A stretch of 64,000 nucleotides of DNA from Escherichia coli (GTDB lineage: Bacteria; Pseudomonadota; Gammaproteobacteria; Enterobacterales; Enterobacteriaceae). The translations under genes were made by a program, and so were the position numbers. A model generated the notes under the pieces. That model saw only the letters and a list, made by a program, of their open reading frames with translations. It had not been told where the DNA came from and did no database searches. The stretch lies in assembly GCF_024298765.1 (NCBI RefSeq), contig NZ_CP101210.1; one strand, 5' to 3'. The first letter of the stretch is position 1; each line of letters opens with the position of its first letter. Of the stretch, positions 58,641 to 64,000 are shown in pieces.

Positions 58641-59357
58641 ATGCAGACCCCGCACATTCTTATCGTTGAAGACGAGTTGGTAACACGCAACACGTTGAAA
58701 AGTATTTTCGAAGCGGAAGGCTATGATGTTTTCGAAGCGACAGATGGCGCGGAAATGCATCAGATCCTCTCTGAATATGACATCAACCTGGTGATCATGG
58801 ATATCAATCTGCCGGGTAAGAACGGTCTTCTGTTAGCGCGTGAACTGCGCGAGCAGGCGAATGTTGCGTTGATGTTCCTGACTGGCCGTGACAACGAAGT
58901 CGATAAAATTCTCGGCCTCGAAATCGGTGCAGATGACTACATCACCAAACCGTTCAACCCGCGTGAACTGACGATTCGTGCACGCAACCTGCTGTCCCGT
59001 ACCATGAATCTAGGTACTGTCAGCGAAGAACGTCGTAGCGTTGAAAGCTACAAGTTCAATGGTTGGGAACTGGACATCAACAGCCGTTCGTTGATCGGCC
59101 CTGATGGCGAGCAGTACAAGCTGCCGCGCAGCGAGTTCCGCGCCATGCTTCACTTCTGTGAAAACCCAGGCAAAATTCAGTCCCGTGCTGAACTGCTGAA
59201 GAAAATGACCGGCCGTGAGCTGAAACCGCACGACCGTACTGTAGACGTGACGATCCGCCGTATTCGTAAACATTTCGAATCTACGCCGGATACGCCGGAA
59301 ATCATCGCCACCATTCACGGTGAAGGTTATCGCTTCTGCGGTGATCTGGAAGATTAA
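58641..59357 (+). CDS. arcA: Aerobic respiration control response regulator ArcA
   Basis: 238-aa OmpR-family [36 protein letters not shown]. Confidence 0.97.
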
Positions 59358-59374
59358 TCGGCTTTACCACCGTC

Positions 59375-59405
59375 AAAAAAACGGCGCTTTTTAGCGCCGT
59401 TTTTA
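59375..59405. terminator. Bidirectional terminator between convergent arcA and creD
   Basis: AAAAAAACGGCGCTTTTTAGCGCCGTTTTT. Confidence 0.8.
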
Positions 59406-59415
59406 TTTTTCAACC

Positions 59416-60768
59416 TTATTTCCAGATACGTAATTCATCGTCCATTGTAACGTCTTTACTGGCTTTCATTTTCGGCAGTGAAAACGCATACCAGTCGATA
59501 TTACGGGTCACAAACATCATGCCAGCCAGCGCCACCACCAGCACACTGGTTCCCAACAACAGCGCGCTATCGGCAGAGTTGAGCAGTCCCCACATCACAC
59601 CATCCAGCAACAACAGCGCGAGGGTAAACAACATGCTGTTGCACCAACCTTTCAATACCGCCTGCAAATAAATACCGTTCATTATCGCCCCAATCAGACT
59701 GGCGATTATCCATGCCACGGTAAAACCGGTATGTTCAGAAAGCGCCAGCAAGAGCAAATAAAACATCACCAATGAAAGCCCCACCAGCAAATATTGCATT
59801 GGGTGTAAACGTTGCGCGGTGAGCGTTTCAAAAACAAAGAACGCCATAAAAGTCAGTGCAATCAGCAGAATGGCGTACTTAGTCGCCCGGTCAGTTAATT
59901 GGTATTGATCGGCTGGCGTCGTTACTGCGACGCTAAACGCCGGGAAGTTTTCCCAGCCGGTATCATTGCCTGAAGCAAAACGCTCACCGAGATTATTAGC
60001 AAACCAGCTGCTTTGCCATTGCGCCTGAAAACCTGACTCACTAACTTCCCGTTTGGCTGGTAGAAAATCACCTAAAAAACTGGGATGCGGCCAGTTGCTG
60101 GTTAAGGTCATTTCGCTATTACGCCCGCCAGGCACCACAGAAAGATCGCCGGTACCGCTTAAATTCAGTGCCATATTCAGCTTCAGGTTCTGCTTCCGCC
60201 AGTCCCCTTCGGGTAAAGGGATATGCACGCCCTGCCCGCCTTGCTCTAACCCGGTGCCGGGTTCAATGGTCAGCGCCGTTCCGTTAACTTCAGGCGCTTT
60301 CACCACACCAATACCACGCGCATCCCCGACGCTAATCACAATAAATGGCTTGCCTAAGGTGATATTTGGCGCGTTGAGTTCGCTAAGACGCGAAACATCG
60401 AAATCGGCTTTTAGCGTTAAATCACTGTGCCAGACCTGACCGGTATAAATCCCTATCTTGCGTTCTTCCACGTTCTGATTGCCATCAACCATCAATGACT
60501 CAGGTAACCAAAAATGGATAAAACTTCGTTTCCGCTCCACGGTTTTATCCTCTTCCTGCACCGTATAAAGCTCGGTCACAGGAATAGCGATGAGCGGCCC
60601 AACGAGTTTTTGCGGCCCGCTGGTACTTTGGCGAATCGCATCTTCCACATCGCTACGGTAATCAGCACGTTCGACAATCACCTGCCGAATCAGCATTATC
60701 GGAATCAACAACAGCAATACTGCACCAAACAGGCTAGTCATTTTCCAGAACAGGGGGGATTTCAACAT
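59416..60768 (-). CDS. creD: Inner membrane protein CreD
   Basis: 450-aa membrane ORF. Confidence 0.93.
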   Translation of the reverse strand: MLKSPLFWKMTSLFGAVLLLLIPIMLIRQVIVERADYRSDVEDAIRQSTSGPQKLVGPLIAIPVTELYTVQEEDKTVERKRSFIHFWLPESLMVDGNQNVEERKIGIYTGQVWHSDLTLKADFDVSRLSELNAPNITLGKPFIVISVGDARGIGVVKAPEVNGTALTIEPGTGLEQGGQGVHIPLPEGDWRKQNLKLNMALNLSGTGDLSVVPGGRNSEMTLTSNWPHPSFLGDFLPAKREVSESGFQAQWQSSWFANNLGERFASGNDTGWENFPAFSVAVTTPADQYQLTDRATKYAILLIALTFMAFFVFETLTAQRLHPMQYLLVGLSLVMFYLLLLALSEHTGFTVAWIIASLIGAIMNGIYLQAVLKGWCNSMLFTLALLLLDGVMWGLLNSADSALLLGTSVLVVALAGMMFVTRNIDWYAFSLPKMKASKDVTMDDELRIWK

Positions 60769-60825
60769 AGTCTTCTCCTTTGCAATGGCAGCAGGATACG
60801 AAGACTATGTGGGAAGAATTTGAAG

Positions 60826-62250
60826 CTATGTGAAGTGACGGTGAAGTCGAAGCGAGGCCAGCACGCCACCTTCCTGCACGTTGCGCAGCGTGACTTCGCC
60901 GTTAAACAAACGGGCGACCTCACTGACAAACGCCAACCCCAGACCGCTGCTTTTTTGCCCATTTGCACGCGGCAAAGAGTAAAAGCGTTCAAAAATACGT
61001 GACAGCGCGTAGTCAGGAATACCACTACCGGTATCCAGCACCTTAAGGGTGACGTATTCCTGATCCACTTCGGCGCTTAGCGTTATGCGACCGCTCTCGG
61101 GAGTAAAATCGATGGCGTTATCCAGTAAATTTCCCAGCGCCTGCTCCAGTAACGCCGGTTCAGCAGCAACGTTAACCTCGGTGGGCGTAACATGCAGAGT
61201 GATTTTTTTTTCTGCCAACTGCACGGTGCGCGCTTCGCTGACGCGGCGGAATAATGCCGCCACATCAACAGCAGTCAGAACGACTTCCTGACGATTCTCC
61301 AGTCTTGCCTGGCGTAGTAACGTTTCTACCAATGCCTGCATACGCGCATTTTGCGTCAGAATGTTGTCAGTAAAACGAGCCACCACTTCCGGCGGCGGAC
61401 CTTCGCGTAAAATTTCCGCCGCGCCACGAATCGCCGCCAGTGGGCTTTTTAGCTCATGAGTTAACGCATAAATATATTGCTCAATATAGTTTTTCCCCTC
61501 CAGCTTCACGCGCATACTTTCCAGCGCCTGCGCAAGCTTACGCAGCTCGCTACTGCCGAGTTCAGGAAGAGGAACGGGCTTATTGTCAGTGACGGAATCA
61601 GCATAGCGAGTGAGCCGGGCAATGGAGCGGTTGATCCACCAAACCATGCCTGCGCCAATCACCAGTGCAATCCCCAACAAAATGGCGCTGGCCCATAAAA
61701 TTCGCCGCTCGCTGCGCTTAATGACCGGAGCCATCGCCGCGTTCGGTTTGCCTACGCTCAAAACGCCAATAAGCCGCGAGCCGTCCATAATCGGCGCGGC
61801 AACATACATCACAGAACTTTCGGGATCGGCAGGATTTTGCAACGTGCTGCGCGCACCATACTGACCACGCAACGTTAGCCAGACGTCATTCCAGCGCGAA
61901 TAATCCTGTCCAACGGCTTTATTTGCCGAATCGAACAATACTTTGCCCTGCGCATCGGTCATATAGACATGATATTCATTGCGCACTTTGTTAATGCCAC
62001 CGATATTGGCGCGAAACGGGCGATGTTGTAGCTGATTAAACGCCTGCGCCAGTTGCCCATGCGTTGGGTCCCCAGAGAGCAAATCGGGACGCGCCAGCTC
62101 CGCCAGCAACGTTGCGGTGTCGATCAACGTCCCCTCCGTTGCTCTTCGCACGCCCGGTTTAACTTCTTTGACAAAAATGGCCAGTACGAACCAGGCTGCC
62201 ACCACCACCAGTAAAAAATAGCCCAGCAACAACCGCATGCCGATACGCAT
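60826..62250 (-). CDS. creC: Sensor histidine kinase CreC
   Basis: 474-aa ORF with H-box (LTHELKSPLAAIRGAAE) and ATPase motifs. Confidence 0.95.
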   Translation of the reverse strand: MRIGMRLLLGYFLLVVVAAWFVLAIFVKEVKPGVRRATEGTLIDTATLLAELARPDLLSGDPTHGQLAQAFNQLQHRPFRANIGGINKVRNEYHVYMTDAQGKVLFDSANKAVGQDYSRWNDVWLTLRGQYGARSTLQNPADPESSVMYVAAPIMDGSRLIGVLSVGKPNAAMAPVIKRSERRILWASAILLGIALVIGAGMVWWINRSIARLTRYADSVTDNKPVPLPELGSSELRKLAQALESMRVKLEGKNYIEQYIYALTHELKSPLAAIRGAAEILREGPPPEVVARFTDNILTQNARMQALVETLLRQARLENRQEVVLTAVDVAALFRRVSEARTVQLAEKKITLHVTPTEVNVAAEPALLEQALGNLLDNAIDFTPESGRITLSAEVDQEYVTLKVLDTGSGIPDYALSRIFERFYSLPRANGQKSSGLGLAFVSEVARLFNGEVTLRNVQEGGVLASLRLHRHFT

Positions 62251-62939
62251 TACAGGCCCCTCAGGCTATATCCCATGCCGCGATGAGTATTAATCGGTGA
62301 AAGATCGGGGTTGATGGCGCGCAGCTTGGCACGCAGCGTTTTAATGTGGGTATCGACGGTGCGATCGTAGGTGTCCTGCGCATCTTCCCATACGCTATCC
62401 ATCAGTTGCTGGCGGGACCAGACGCGGCCCGGTGACTTGAGTAACGTCTTCAACAATAAAAACTCATACCGCGTCAGCGCTAATGGCGTGTCAAACCAGC
62501 TGATCTGCGCCGCGGGTTCATTCAATTCAAAATGTCCAATACGGATGACGGGAGACGGCGTCGAGAACTTCTTCACCCGACGCAGTAAGGTGCGCACCCT
62601 GGCGCACACTTCGCGGGGTGAAAACGGTTTAGCCACATAGTCGTCAGCGCCAATTTCCAGCCCAAGCAGGCGATCGACCTCTTCACTTCGGGCCGTCAGG
62701 AACAGTACAGGTAACGCCGGATGGAGCGCCAGTAACTGGCGGCACAATTCAAAGCCACTGATATCAGGCAAACCAACGTCGAGAATCATGACATCGGGAA
62801 CCTGCTGACGAGCTTTATCCAGCACCGGCAAGCCTCGCTCAAAGACCTCGACGGCAAAACCTTCCTGCTGCAACATGTAGACCAGCGTGTCGGCTATCCC
62901 TTGCTCATCTTCCACTAACCAGACCGTTTCCCGTTGCAT
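62250..62939 (-). CDS. creB: Response regulator CreB
   Basis: 229-aa OmpR-family ORF; overlaps creC start. Confidence 0.95.
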   Translation of the reverse strand: MQRETVWLVEDEQGIADTLVYMLQQEGFAVEVFERGLPVLDKARQQVPDVMILDVGLPDISGFELCRQLLALHPALPVLFLTARSEEVDRLLGLEIGADDYVAKPFSPREVCARVRTLLRRVKKFSTPSPVIRIGHFELNEPAAQISWFDTPLALTRYEFLLLKTLLKSPGRVWSRQQLMDSVWEDAQDTYDRTVDTHIKTLRAKLRAINPDLSPINTHRGMGYSLRGL

Positions 62940-62951
62940 AAATCGCCTCTG

Positions 62952-63425
62952 TTATTGCCGCCACGGCATGACAGGAACCGCGCTAATCGCGTTTTTCGGC
63001 GAACCTTCTACAACTTTGTCGGAGTAAGCCAGATAAGCGAGCGCGTTGCGTTTGGCGTCATAAAAGCGCACGACCTGTAACGACTTAAAGACCAGGGACG
63101 TGCGTTTTTTGAATACTACCTCGCCCTGAGCTTTGCCGTTTTTAATACGATCCGACAGTTCAATCGGCCCGACTTGCTGACAAGAAATGGCCGCATCGGA
63201 GGTATCTTCCGCCAGACCCAATCCCCCTTTAATACCACCGGTTTTCGCCCGGCTCACATAACAGGTGACATTTTTCACATCGGGATCATCAAAGGCTTCC
63301 ACAACAATTTTGTGATCCGGGCCGATCATTTTAAATACGGTGTCGACCGAACCAATCTCTTCTGCATGAGCCAATGGCCCCAGCATTATCAGGCTTAAAG
63401 ACAGGATCAAATGCTTGTATTTCAT
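62952..63425 (-). CDS. creA: Periplasmic protein CreA
   Basis: 157-aa ORF with signal peptide. Confidence 0.9.
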
Positions 63426-63635
63426 ATTGTTACCATTTTTATCTATTACACGAGCAATTAGTTCGTCACGGTAAATAACATATTGATTAAGAACAAAATC
63501 TCAATACTTTTATTTCCGTCAAGTCCTAAAACATACTCTACTAAGAAAAAAACACTGAATGCTAAAACAGCAAAAAATGCTATTATCCAATTACCTGATG
63601 TCAGGTGCTCGTTGTTGAAAGGATGAGGATATTTT

Positions 63636-64000
63636 ATGGATCAGGCCGGCATTATTCGCGACCTTTTAATCTGGCTGGAAGGTCATCTGGATCAGCCCCT
63701 GTCGCTCGACAATGTAGCGGCGAAAGCAGGTTATTCCAAGTGGCACTTACAGAGAATGTTTAAAGATGTCACTGGCCATGCTATTGGCGCGTATATTCGT
63801 GCTCGTCGTTTGTCGAAATCGGCGGTCGCACTACGCCTGACTGCGCGTCCGATTCTGGACATCGCGCTGCAATACCGCTTCGACTCTCAACAGACATTTA
63901 CCCGCGCATTCAAGAAGCAGTTTGCCCAGACTCCTGCACTTTACCGCCGTTCTCCTGAATGGAGCGCCTTTGGTATTCGCCCGCCGCTACGTCTGGGTGA
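63636..64000 (+). CDS. rob: AraC-family regulator Rob (right origin-binding protein), N-terminal part; 3' end outside the window
   Basis: ATG at 63636, MDQAGIIRDLLIWLEGHLDQPLSLDNVAAKAGYSKWHLQRMFKDVTGH; HTH domain. Confidence 0.9.
   Translation, partial: MDQAGIIRDLLIWLEGHLDQPLSLDNVAAKAGYSKWHLQRMFKDVTGHAIGAYIRARRLSKSAVALRLTARPILDIALQYRFDSQQTFTRAFKKQFAQTPALYRRSPEWSAFGIRPPLRLG

Overview
This window reads as core Escherichia coli chromosome and I found no convincing evidence of a previously undescribed system. It is the reverse complement of the thr-origin region: rob, creABCD and arcA, across genome coordinate 1 (lasT, thrLABC), then yaaX/A/J, talB, mog, satP, yaaW/I, dnaKJ, hokC, nhaAR, rpsT, ribF-ileS-lspA-fkpB-ispH, rihC, dapB, carAB, caiF, caiTABCDE, fixABCX, yaaU, kefFC, folA, apaHG-rsmA-pdxA-surA-lptD, djlA, rluA and the 3' end of rapA. 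Gene calls rest on the six-frame ORF track plus my recognition of the protein sequences and synteny; no database search was run, and the K-12 comparisons are from memory. The one clear accessory element is a ccdA/ccdB-like toxin-antitoxin module inserted between folA and apaH, with an intact antitoxin and a frameshifted toxin. Other points worth a second look are a hokC/mokC locus not interrupted by an insertion sequence, no IS1 between nhaR and rpsT, and a tandemly duplicated hairpin between ispH and rihC. Together these indicate a non-K-12 E. coli background.
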